Virus record (IMG/VR): IMGVR_UViG_3300043172_000799
Coordinates: 28,944 to 92,943 of that record
Direction: 5' to 3' (one strand)
Length of the DNA stretch: 64,000 nt
Source of the DNA: a virus
Taxonomy: Duplodnaviria; Heunggongvirae; Uroviricota; Caudoviricetes
Shown here: piece after piece, positions 19,709-27,786 of the stretch
How the letters are laid out: the number at the start of each line of letters is the position of its first letter
Numbering within the stretch: the first letter of the stretch is position 1
Notes under the pieces: model-generated
Told to the model about the DNA's origin: nothing
Databases searched by the model: none
Seen by the model: only the letters and a program-made list of their open reading frames with translations
Position numbers and translations under genes: made by a program

Positions 19709-21481
19709 ATGGGATTAGAAAATTTACTAAACCACCCCTTAGTGGGAATAAAAGAAAGAGGACAGATTTTAAATTTCTCTGTTAACACTATGCATCCAGA
19801 ATATACAGAATGGACACCTATTTGGAAAAAATGTAGAGATGCAAGAATAGGGCAGCGTGCAATAAAAAGTGCAGGGATAACTTATCTCCAAAAAATGAAT
19901 GGGCAAAGCCCACAGGAGTATGAGAACTATAAAGAGAGAGCACAATGGTATGGTGCTACTGGACGTACTGTAGAAAGCTACTTAGGTATGATATACAGAA
20001 AAGAACCACACATTGTAATTAAAGAGAGTAAAAGTTCTACGAATGTAGTTGAAAAAGAACTTTTTGATAAAGATGTTTACTACTCATTGACATCCTCCAA
20101 AGGGAAATCTTTCAGTTCTTTATCTAGAGATGTAGTGGAAGAGCTTATTGTGGTAAATAGAGTAGGAATGCTAATAGATTATCCTTCCATAGATCCAATG
20201 TTATTAGAGGGTATGAGTAAATTTGATTCTGAAAAGATGAACTACAAGCCATTGCTTTCTATGTATAAGACAGAAAGTATTATAAACTGGCACTATGAGT
20301 ATATTAATAATATCCCTATTCCTGTACTATTTGTTCTTAAAGAAGAAATATACGATACTGCTTCTATGGGAGCACTATCACCTACAAAAGTAGATTCTTA
20401 TAGAGTATTATTCTTAGAACCGTATTTCCCAGAAGATGGGGTATTAAGAGGAAGATATAAAGAAATGTCTTTCATCGAAACAACTATTAAGGAGAGAGGT
20501 GTAGAGATTTTAGTTTCTTCAGCAACTAATATTGGGTATCCACAAAAAGATGGGGAATATATTGACCATATCCCGTTCTATATTATGACAGATACTGGTA
20601 TAGAATTCACAGAAATAAAAGACAGTATGATATATGACTTATCTGAAACTAATATTGGACACTATCGTAATAGTGCTGATTGGGAGAATGAACTTCACAT
20701 TGTTGGTGCTAAGACTGCTATATTTCCAGGTTGGGATAAGAAGACTAATGGTAATCCTGTACTGGGAGGGGCACTTGCTTGTTCTAAAGGTTGTGAGCCT
20801 TATATGTTGGAAGCTTCCTCAGACAGTGGTAATCAAAAAGAAATGGATGCTAAGGAAATGCGAATGAGTGTTTTAGGTGCTGAGAGGATATCCCAGAAAG
20901 GACGATATATGCCTTCTACCGAGACAGCTAAATTAAATACTTCCAGTGAAGCATCTACATTGACGGGTATGGCTACATTTGCCAGTGAAGCATTCTCTGA
21001 AATATTAACAGAGCAATTACAATGGGATAAGAATAATGATTATGTTGTAGATTTGACATTAAATACGGATTATTATCTCGATGATATTTCTGGAGATGAG
21101 TTACTTAAATGGATGGATGCGTACCAAAGAGGTGGTATTTCTTATGATATTTATTATTATAATTTAGAGAAAAAAGAAGCTTTTCCTCCTGAATGGGATA
21201 AGGAGAAAGAATTGGCATCTTTAGAAGAATCACTTGAAAGACAAACAAATCTTCAGGATGAAAAATTCATATCATTATCTGAAAGACTAGCAGAATTGGA
21301 AGATGTAAATTCCACAATTACAACTACCTCTACTGGAAATACTATGATGTCACTTTCTACAGCAGAAAAAGGGGCTGGTCAATCTACCAGTGTAGAATTG
21401 GATACTTCTAAACAGCGTAACAATGAGACTTCTGGAACTGGTGGAGCAACACCTATAGAAACAGAAGAAATTGAAGAATAA
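19709..21481 (+). CDS. Portal protein (DUF4055-like)
   Basis: Follows terL; HPEY..W..W..CRD..G...IK.AG..YL...YENYKERA.WY.ATGRT pattern. Confidence 0.88.
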   Translation: MGLENLLNHPLVGIKERGQILNFSVNTMHPEYTEWTPIWKKCRDARIGQRAIKSAGITYLQKMNGQSPQEYENYKERAQWYGATGRTVESYLGMIYRKEPHIVIKESKSSTNVVEKELFDKDVYYSLTSSKGKSFSSLSRDVVEELIVVNRVGMLIDYPSIDPMLLEGMSKFDSEKMNYKPLLSMYKTESIINWHYEYINNIPIPVLFVLKEEIYDTASMGALSPTKVDSYRVLFLEPYFPEDGVLRGRYKEMSFIETTIKERGVEILVSSATNIGYPQKDGEYIDHIPFYIMTDTGIEFTEIKDSMIYDLSETNIGHYRNSADWENELHIVGAKTAIFPGWDKKTNGNPVLGGALACSKGCEPYMLEASSDSGNQKEMDAKEMRMSVLGAERISQKGRYMPSTETAKLNTSSEASTLTGMATFASEAFSEILTEQLQWDKNNDYVVDLTLNTDYYLDDISGDELLKWMDAYQRGGISYDIYYYNLEKKEAFPPEWDKEKELASLEESLERQTNLQDEKFISLSERLAELEDVNSTITTTSTGNTMMSLSTAEKGAGQSTSVELDTSKQRNNETSGTGGATPIETEEIEE

Positions 21482-21487
21482 AAGTAG

Positions 21488-21516
21488 TTGACAGATAACT
21501 AAAATCATGATATAAT
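21488..21516 (+). promoter_or_regulatory. Consensus sigma70 promoter inside the head module
   Basis: TTGACA-N17-TATAAT. Confidence 0.8.
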
Positions 21517-21600
21517 TAGCGTATATAAAAATAAAAAACCACCTCTTCTAATACAATAGGATTGGTGGTCTTATCTATCTAGTCAAAATAGGAGAAAACA

Positions 21601-21756
21601 ATGCCAGTACAACGAAGTACCTCAAATGGAAAACCCTGTTATAAATGGGGATCTCAAGGAAGATGTTACACATATACAGCAGGAGATGAAGAAAGTAGAA
21701 AAAGAGCCAAAGCTAAAGCAGAAGCACAAGGAAGGGCTGTACATGCTAGTAAATGA
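21601..21756 (+). CDS. 51-aa basic phage protein (MPVQRSTSNGKPCYKWGSQGRCYTYTAGDEESRKRAKAKAEAQGRAVHASK)
   Basis: Strong AGGAGA RBS directly upstream; missed by the track. Resembles a recurrent small phage family (G.P.YKWG..G.CYTY). Confidence 0.75.
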   Translation: MPVQRSTSNGKPCYKWGSQGRCYTYTAGDEESRKRAKAKAEAQGRAVHASK

Positions 21757-21926
21757 AGAAGAAAGAAGCAGAATTGATAAGGAATTTTTTGACAGCATTG
21801 TAATAGCTGAATTATCTTGTGTAAAACTTGATGAAAAAGAAAAGATATCAAATTTAGATTTTAAGCCAGAAGATCTAAATTACTTCTCATACACATTTCT
21901 AAAATAAAATCAAAAAGAGGACTCCT

Positions 21927-23015
21927 ATGTCAACAGCAACAAATCAATTGCAGGATCTATCTGTAAATAATCAGCATTTAATTGAGCAACATAAAAATGA
22001 AATTATTTCTACAATGCTGATCTTTTTTAAGCATATGGAAAAACTAATAAATAAGGAAATAAAAGCATCATTTGATGATACAAAAACAATAGTGGATAAG
22101 AATGCATTAAAAAGGAGATTAAATGTAATTCAGGAAAGGGAATTAAATAAGATACAAAAACAGATAACAAAGGATGTACATAAATTTTTAGGATCACAGG
22201 CAAAGAACTATGAAAAACAATTGAAAGGTGTCTTGAAAGACGTTTCTAAATATATAAAAGTGCATAGTATTAGTGAGAAAGCTTTGAAACATAATTATGA
22301 TAAAGAGCCTATTGTTATGGAAAAAGGATCATACAATACACTTGCTTCTTTATGGGCCACTTTCTTTCTGAGTGTAAGAACCAATTTAAATCAGAACACA
22401 GAATCTGCATATAAGTTAAAGAAAACTACCAGAGAGTATACTAGTGATTTAAATAGAGGCTATAAAATTAGTGAAAATAGTTTGAATGGGATTATAGCCG
22501 TATATATACAACAGGCAGTTGGAAGTGCAGCCAAATCTGTTAATGGTGTAAATGAAGAGTTCATTCGTGGGTATTCATGGAGTTCCGTACTTGACAGTAA
22601 AACGAGTGATTTTTGTATTTCTCACGCATATAGATTTTGGATTTATAATCACCCTGAATTGAGTACATTAGAAGCAGAGATTTACAGCCCTGCCCATTTC
22701 CGTTGCCGTGCCAGTAACCCCCCAATAATAAAATCATATAGAGAATTAGGAATATCTGCCAGTGAATTAACAACATCTCAGAAATCACTATTGGCAAATA
22801 GTAAAACAGAGACATTGACCTACAATCAGTTTTTTGAAAGACAGACGGAGAGTGTGAAGAAGGAAATATTAGGAGTTGTGAGATATAATGCATACCAACA
22901 AGGAAACTTAGATGTTTCTGCGTTCTATACAAGAGATGGAAGAAAACTCACATTAAAACAACTAGAAAAAAAGAATATTCAGATAGCAGATGAATACTTG
23001 AGATATGTCAATTAA
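21927..23015 (+). CDS. Head morphogenesis protein (Mu gpF / SPP1 gp7-like)
   Basis: SVLDSKTSDFC and PAHFRCR motifs; follows the portal. Confidence 0.88.
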   Translation: MSTATNQLQDLSVNNQHLIEQHKNEIISTMLIFFKHMEKLINKEIKASFDDTKTIVDKNALKRRLNVIQERELNKIQKQITKDVHKFLGSQAKNYEKQLKGVLKDVSKYIKVHSISEKALKHNYDKEPIVMEKGSYNTLASLWATFFLSVRTNLNQNTESAYKLKKTTREYTSDLNRGYKISENSLNGIIAVYIQQAVGSAAKSVNGVNEEFIRGYSWSSVLDSKTSDFCISHAYRFWIYNHPELSTLEAEIYSPAHFRCRASNPPIIKSYRELGISASELTTSQKSLLANSKTETLTYNQFFERQTESVKKEILGVVRYNAYQQGNLDVSAFYTRDGRKLTLKQLEKKNIQIADEYLRYVN

Positions 23016-23032
23016 AGAAAAGAGGGAAAATA

Positions 23033-23224
23033 GTGGAAAATGATGTAAATAACTATAAAATAAACATTCCAGAACAGAGTGAGTGGGTCTGTTATATGTT
23101 TGGGAATAAACCTGATGGGATGGGGATGCGTTATATACCTTCTGTCGGGAATGTCCCAAATGTGTTTGTTAGGTTTATGATGAGAATATGTTTTGGATGT
23201 ACTTGGATAAAGGAGAATAAATGA
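23033..23224 (+). CDS. Small hypothetical protein
   Basis: 63 aa, GTG start, ATGA overlap with the next ORF. Confidence 0.6.
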   Translation: MENDVNNYKINIPEQSEWVCYMFGNKPDGMGMRYIPSVGNVPNVFVRFMMRICFGCTWIKENK

Positions 23225-23289
23225 CAGTAACAGAATGGTTATTAGAGAAACAGCCTAATCCAATTGGAAGTGACAATTTTTATGGGTGA
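23221..23289 (+). pseudogene. Orphaned 5' end of the phosphoesterase gene (MTVTEWLLEKQPNPIGSDNFYG*)
   Basis: Strong AAGGAG RBS; aligns with N-terminus MTRIQWLLGNIPNPTESSDFYY of ORF 24417. Confidence 0.7.
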
Positions 23290-24445
23290 GGCAGTGGTAG
23301 AGCAATTTGATACATTTACTGTAGATATTCCCCTTCTATCAAAAACACATAAATCCTATTATAAGGCATATATGTTTTTAAAGACGGGACTATTATATTG
23401 CACTAAATGTGGAGAATTGCTAGAGTTTGATAAATTTGGCAGTAAGAAAGAATGTATCCCATTCTACAAAAGAAGTCAATGTCTTGACTGTGAGAATAAG
23501 ACCAGAGGTTTCTCATACAGAAATGAAAGTCTGACCTCTAAAAGATATGCTAATGATGGGATACCAAATACATTATTTAATGATTTTGAAGTTTTGCATC
23601 AAGATGATGCAAAACACCTACCAAAAAGCCAAAAGACATACTACAGATTGTACATGTTTTTAAAAGAAAAACTTTTATACTGTGGTAAATGCAATAAACT
23701 GTTAGATATAGATAAGTTTCGATTAGATGACAAAAAAGTATTATTTGGTAGGAGAACTTATTGTCATGCTTGTGAGCTTAAATACTCTAGAAGTACGAAT
23801 GTTAAGGAAAAGCGTTCAAATAACCATAAGCTAAAGTATGTAGAAAATAGAGATCACATTTTAGAATATCAGGAAGAATATCGACAGAATAATAAAGAGA
23901 AGATATCTAAAAGGAATAAGAAATATAGAAAAGAAAATAAAGATAAAATAAAAGAATGGCAATCGGAATACTATAATGAGAATAGAGATGAGAGAATTAA
24001 ATATGTTATTGGGTATACAAAGAAAAGAAGAAAGAAAGACCCATATTTCCGAATGAAATTGATTTATAGGAAACAATTGTGGAGAGTGTTTGCTGGAGAG
24101 GAAAGAGAAATAAGATCAAAGGAACTGTTAGGGTGCAGTTACGAGGAGTTTTTAGAGTACTTGGAACTCCCAGAAGGGAAAGAGTATACAGACTTTGAAT
24201 TAGACCACGTAATACCCATAGAAGCCTTTAACATTTGTGAGGATAGTGAGAAAATTTTATGTTCTCATTACACAAACTTTCAATTATTATCTAAACGGGA
24301 TAACAGAAGTAAGAGTGATTTCTGGGAAGGAATAAGGTGGAGAGATGTAAGTCCAGAAGATAAGAAAAGTGCAAGATTAGAAATATTAAACAAAATAAAA
24401 AGGGGAGCTATTAACAATGACAAGAATCCAGTGGTTGCTAGGTAA
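23282..24445 (+). CDS. Free-standing HNH homing endonuclease
   Basis: Two CxxC Zn-ribbon repeats, EYR.EN.EKI coiled repeats, ELDHVIP...CSHYTNFQLL...DNRSK HNH core. Track start is TTG 23264; ATG 23282 is the likelier start. Confidence 0.88.
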   Translation: MGEAVVEQFDTFTVDIPLLSKTHKSYYKAYMFLKTGLLYCTKCGELLEFDKFGSKKECIPFYKRSQCLDCENKTRGFSYRNESLTSKRYANDGIPNTLFNDFEVLHQDDAKHLPKSQKTYYRLYMFLKEKLLYCGKCNKLLDIDKFRLDDKKVLFGRRTYCHACELKYSRSTNVKEKRSNNHKLKYVENRDHILEYQEEYRQNNKEKISKRNKKYRKENKDKIKEWQSEYYNENRDERIKYVIGYTKKRRKKDPYFRMKLIYRKQLWRVFAGEEREIRSKELLGCSYEEFLEYLELPEGKEYTDFELDHVIPIEAFNICEDSEKILCSHYTNFQLLSKRDNRSKSDFWEGIRWRDVSPEDKKSARLEILNKIKRGAINNDKNPVVAR

Positions 24446-25628
24446 TATACCAAATCCAACAGAATCTTCAGATTTCTACTATTTGATGGATGATTTCTCA
24501 GCAGAGTTTGGGGAAACTCCCATTGATAATTTCAAGAGATACGCCAGAAAAGCTATGGGAGAATACAGAGATCAAACATCTCCAGAAAACACACTAACAA
24601 CAGAAATTACAGATAATGGGTTAGAAGTAAAATTAAAATCGTTTGGGATAACTACAGAAGAAGGAATCAGGAAACAAGCAGGATTATCCGTAGAAGAATG
24701 GGATTGTTCTGCTTTCAGGGTAAAATCCTCCCAGAATGAACAGAACCCTTGGCATTCAGTTAATGCTGAATTCCGAAAGAAGAAGGAGCTTGCATTTCCC
24801 CTAATTCAGCAAGCAGAAGTTAAGATAGAGCAATATGAAAATGTTGCTAGAAAACCATCAGACACAACAGTAAATGTATCTGATCTCCATGCACCGATGC
24901 ATGATGAGAAAGCTATGGATATCTCTATACAGGTTATGAAAGACCTATATCCTTCAACCGTAGTTATAAACGGAGATGCATTAGATCTTACTGATTTCTC
25001 TGATAAGTTTTTAGCGTCTTTGGAATGCCGAAATCAAACACAGAAGGGAATCAATGCCGTTGCAAAGTATATTGGGCAGATAAGACAGGTTTGCCCAGAA
25101 GCTAAAATAGTATTTATGGAAGGGAATCATTCAAATAGAATGAGAAAAGTAATCCTTAAAAATGTAGCAGGAGCTATAGGATTAAAGAGAGCTGATAATC
25201 TTGATGGATATGAAGCCCTTTCCGTACCAAATCTTCTTTGTTTAGATACGCTAGATGTAGAATGGCAACCATATCCTGAAGGTGAGTATTGGGTTAATGA
25301 GAATTTAAGATTTCATCATGGAGAGAAATTAAACTTAAACAATATAGCTAATGAAAGTTTTGTAAACCAAGTAATGGGGCATAATCACAAGCATCTCATG
25401 GTAAGTAGGACAAAGCATATATACAATGGCAGGAAGCAGATATGGGTAGCTTCCTTCGGATGTATGTGTATGATGGATGGGAGTGTTCCTTCAGTAAGTA
25501 GCCATTCTGATTGGCAGAGTGGCTTTGGGGTTGTGTATCATACAGGAACTACTTGCCAGCCTATCCCTATTTACATCGAAGATGGGAAAGCTTTATTTGA
25601 AGGCAAGGTTTATGAGGCTAGAATTTAA
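24417..25628 (+). CDS. Calcineurin-like metallophosphoesterase
   Basis: SDLH, NGD, EGNH, HHG, GHNH motifs in canonical order. Confidence 0.88.
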   Translation: MTRIQWLLGNIPNPTESSDFYYLMDDFSAEFGETPIDNFKRYARKAMGEYRDQTSPENTLTTEITDNGLEVKLKSFGITTEEGIRKQAGLSVEEWDCSAFRVKSSQNEQNPWHSVNAEFRKKKELAFPLIQQAEVKIEQYENVARKPSDTTVNVSDLHAPMHDEKAMDISIQVMKDLYPSTVVINGDALDLTDFSDKFLASLECRNQTQKGINAVAKYIGQIRQVCPEAKIVFMEGNHSNRMRKVILKNVAGAIGLKRADNLDGYEALSVPNLLCLDTLDVEWQPYPEGEYWVNENLRFHHGEKLNLNNIANESFVNQVMGHNHKHLMVSRTKHIYNGRKQIWVASFGCMCMMDGSVPSVSSHSDWQSGFGVVYHTGTTCQPIPIYIEDGKALFEGKVYEARI

Positions 25629-25748
25629 ATATACCCTATAAGGTATAAAAGGAGAATATACCCCATAGGGTATAGGATGGAACATCCACAAGGTCAGTAC
25701 AAGTTGTTTCTTTTCGACGAGAGTTTCTTGTACTGATTTAATTTTTAC

Positions 25749-25862
25749 TTGACAGACCCTCTTTCCTGTGGTATGCTTTATAGGCATATTACAGGAGGAG
25801 GGTTTTTTGTTAGTAGATAAAATATTTTTATGCTTGACAAATACCTATTACTGTGTTAGTAT
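25749..25862 (+). promoter_or_regulatory. Two tandem sigma70 promoters upstream of cas12f
   Basis: TTGACA(25749)-N17-TATGCT and TTGACA(25834)-N17-TAGTAT. Confidence 0.8.
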
Positions 25863-25895
25863 TTAAATAGATCAAAAATATAAAGGAGATATTTA

Positions 25896-27239
25896 GTGGG
25901 CAATGTGTTGACAAAGCTGATACAGATAATACCAGATGATGATATTAATGGTACGTATAAAATTATACGTGATTGGATGTACCATAGTACATCACTTGCA
26001 AATCTTATTATGACTGAGACATATGTAATAACACAAAGAGCAAGAGCCTTGTGCACTGCTCAGCCTGAATTAGATTATTTTCAGGCTGTTGCAAAAATGA
26101 AGGTTGAACGTGTTGGAAGTTATATTGGTAAAGTCACAGAAAAGACAATAGGTAGTAGTTTTGGGTATTGTTTATCTAAATCCCCTAATTATGCAGAAAA
26201 TATTCCAGGGGCTATTCGTACCAAAATAGATAAGGTGGTTGGACAACACTTTCAAGCAGATGTAAAAACCAATGGATTGCTGAAGGGAAATTGTTCTCTT
26301 AGATCTTACAGCCGTAAAAACATGGCTGTATATCTACCCAGTAGTAAGGGTGCTTCTAAGTTTACTTGTGAGGATGGTAACTACTATTTTAGTACCATTA
26401 ACAAATTGCGATTTAAAGTATTTTTAGGTAGGGACAATAGCAAAAACAAATTAGCTATTGACAGGATTATTTCTGGTGAGTATAAAATGCCTGATGTATC
26501 CATAAAGATTAAGGATAATAAAATATTTGTATTGGCACCTATAACAATTGAAGTAACAGATTTGGGATTAGACCCAGAGCTATCAGTTGGTGTAGACTTA
26601 GGAATTACTATTCCTGCGGTGTGTGCATTGTCCACTGGATTAGATAGAGCATTTATAGGTAATGGCACTGAGATAGTCAACTACCGTTTTTCTATGCGAA
26701 GAAAGAGAAAAAACTTACAGAAGAGTTTAACATTGTCTACAGGAGGAAGAGGAAGAGGAAAAAAACTAAAAGCATTAGAAAGGATAAGTAGTACTGAAAG
26801 TAATTGGATAAAGACTAAAAATCATTTAATTTCTAAAAAAATTATTGATTTTGCATTGACAAACGGAGCAGGAACTGTTAAGCTTGAATTATTAGAAGGG
26901 TTCACCAAAGAACATTCTTCCAACATTGTGCTAAAAGATTGGACGTATTATCAGTTAGGAGAGATGATACAGTACAAAGCAAAAATAGCTGGAATTGTAG
27001 TAGTACGGATAGATCCTTATCACACTTCACAGACATGCAACGTGTGTGGACATTCTACTAAAGAGAACAGACCTAAAGGTACAAAAGGTCAAGCATACTT
27101 TAAATGTGTGTCTTGTGGGCATAAAACCAACGCAGACCTTAATGCTGCACGGAATATTGCAAAATCGACAAAGATAGTAACTAAGAAGAAGGAATGCCAG
27201 TACCACAAATTGAAAAGTAACTTAATAGAAGTATCTTAA
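25896..27239 (+). CDS. cas12f: Cas12f-like (TnpB-derived, type V-F) RNA-guided nuclease, 447 aa
   Basis: RuvC-I VGVDLG, RuvC-II VKLEL, Zn finger CNVC/CVSC, RuvC-III NADLNAARNI; Cas12f1-like segments DRIISGEY, GGRGRGKK, WTYYQL..I.YKA..AGI.V..IDP..TSQ.C; adjacent CRISPR array. Confidence 0.88.
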   Translation: MGNVLTKLIQIIPDDDINGTYKIIRDWMYHSTSLANLIMTETYVITQRARALCTAQPELDYFQAVAKMKVERVGSYIGKVTEKTIGSSFGYCLSKSPNYAENIPGAIRTKIDKVVGQHFQADVKTNGLLKGNCSLRSYSRKNMAVYLPSSKGASKFTCEDGNYYFSTINKLRFKVFLGRDNSKNKLAIDRIISGEYKMPDVSIKIKDNKIFVLAPITIEVTDLGLDPELSVGVDLGITIPAVCALSTGLDRAFIGNGTEIVNYRFSMRRKRKNLQKSLTLSTGGRGRGKKLKALERISSTESNWIKTKNHLISKKIIDFALTNGAGTVKLELLEGFTKEHSSNIVLKDWTYYQLGEMIQYKAKIAGIVVVRIDPYHTSQTCNVCGHSTKENRPKGTKGQAYFKCVSCGHKTNADLNAARNIAKSTKIVTKKKECQYHKLKSNLIEVS

Positions 27240-27244
27240 TGATT

Positions 27245-27313
27245 CTTCTGGGGCGGTTTCACGTCCTTATGCTGAGGGAGATTTCTCCGCTCTGGCAACC
27301 ACATATTATTTTT
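27245..27313 (+). ncRNA. Predicted compact tracrRNA / omega-like scaffold
   Basis: Hairpin GGGGCG-[GTTTCA]-CGTCCT whose loop is the reverse complement of the repeat 3' end TGAAAC; second stem 27271-27296; CCACATATT (27299-27307) pairs with repeat nt 16-24; followed by a T-tract. Confidence 0.7.
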
Positions 27314-27442
27314 GCGAAGTGGTTACAAACAACACCTTATTTGCAGTAAGATGAGACACAGAGATGTTTTGGTATATTCTTGTATAGGTTCGCACTTTTA
27401 GTGTTGTAAGTACTTGTTTTGGTGAGAGTTATTTTATAGGCA
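27311..27442 (+). promoter_or_regulatory. CRISPR leader (type I-C-like)
   Basis: AT-rich ~130 bp before repeat 1, with inverted TGCGAA (27313) / TTCGCA (27389) and candidate extended -10 TGGTATATT (27370). Confidence 0.65.
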
Positions 27443-27786
27443 GTCACATCTTACATAGGTGTGTGGATTGAAACAGTATTAGATGGAATAGACAAATCCT
27501 TGACTAAGTCACATCTTACATAGGTGTGTGGATTGAAACGACGTATGATGCGAGAGAAGGCAATCAAGGCAGGGTCACATCTTACATAGGTGTGTGGATT
27601 GAAACAATTCTGATTCTGAGTATTTTATTATCTTTTTGGGTCACATCTTACATAGGTGTGTGGATTGAAACCATGCCCTTTTTTGAGACAGACAACTATT
27701 TTAAAGTCACATCTTACATAGGTGTGTGGATTGAAACTGGTATATTGTTGCAATTGTCTCAATCACGTCACATCTTACATAGGTGT
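27443..27786 (+). CRISPR. CRISPR array: 5 identical 32-nt repeats GTCACATCTTACATAGGTGTGTGGATTGAAAC plus a truncated 6th; 5 spacers (33, 34, 34, 34, 29 nt)
   Basis: Repeats start at 27443, 27508, 27574, 27640, 27706; the copy at 27767 has only the first 20 nt. Spacers: AGTATTAGATGGAATAGACAAATCCTTGACTAA; GACGTATGATGCGAGAGAAGGCAATCAAGGCAGG; AATTCTGATTCTGAGTATTTTATTATCTTTTTGG; CATGCCCTTTTTTGAGACAGACAACTATTTTAAA; TGGTATATTGTTGCAATTGTCTCAATCAC. Confidence 0.98.

Noticed and set aside
25896-27239. Nuclease-dead Cas12f / TldR-type regulator or an intact IS200/IS605 element
   Set aside because: All three RuvC acidic residues appear present and no sigma-factor partner is adjacent. No tnpA or serine recombinase is nearby, and a true multi-spacer array follows.
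27475-27507. Spacer 1 match to the cas12f promoter -10 region (AGTATT at 25858)
   Set aside because: Only 6 contiguous nt match; far too short.
27606-27639. Spacer 3 10-nt match (AATTCTGATT) at ~5462 in the lipoprotein gene
   Set aside because: Short AT-rich match without a T-rich 5' motif; expected by chance.
27672-27705. Spacer 4 resembling the start of the scaffold gene (ATGCCCTTTTTTGAG vs ATGCCATTTTTCGAC at 29121)
   Set aside because: Only ~12/15 identity with mismatches in the seed and no match beyond; compatible with chance.
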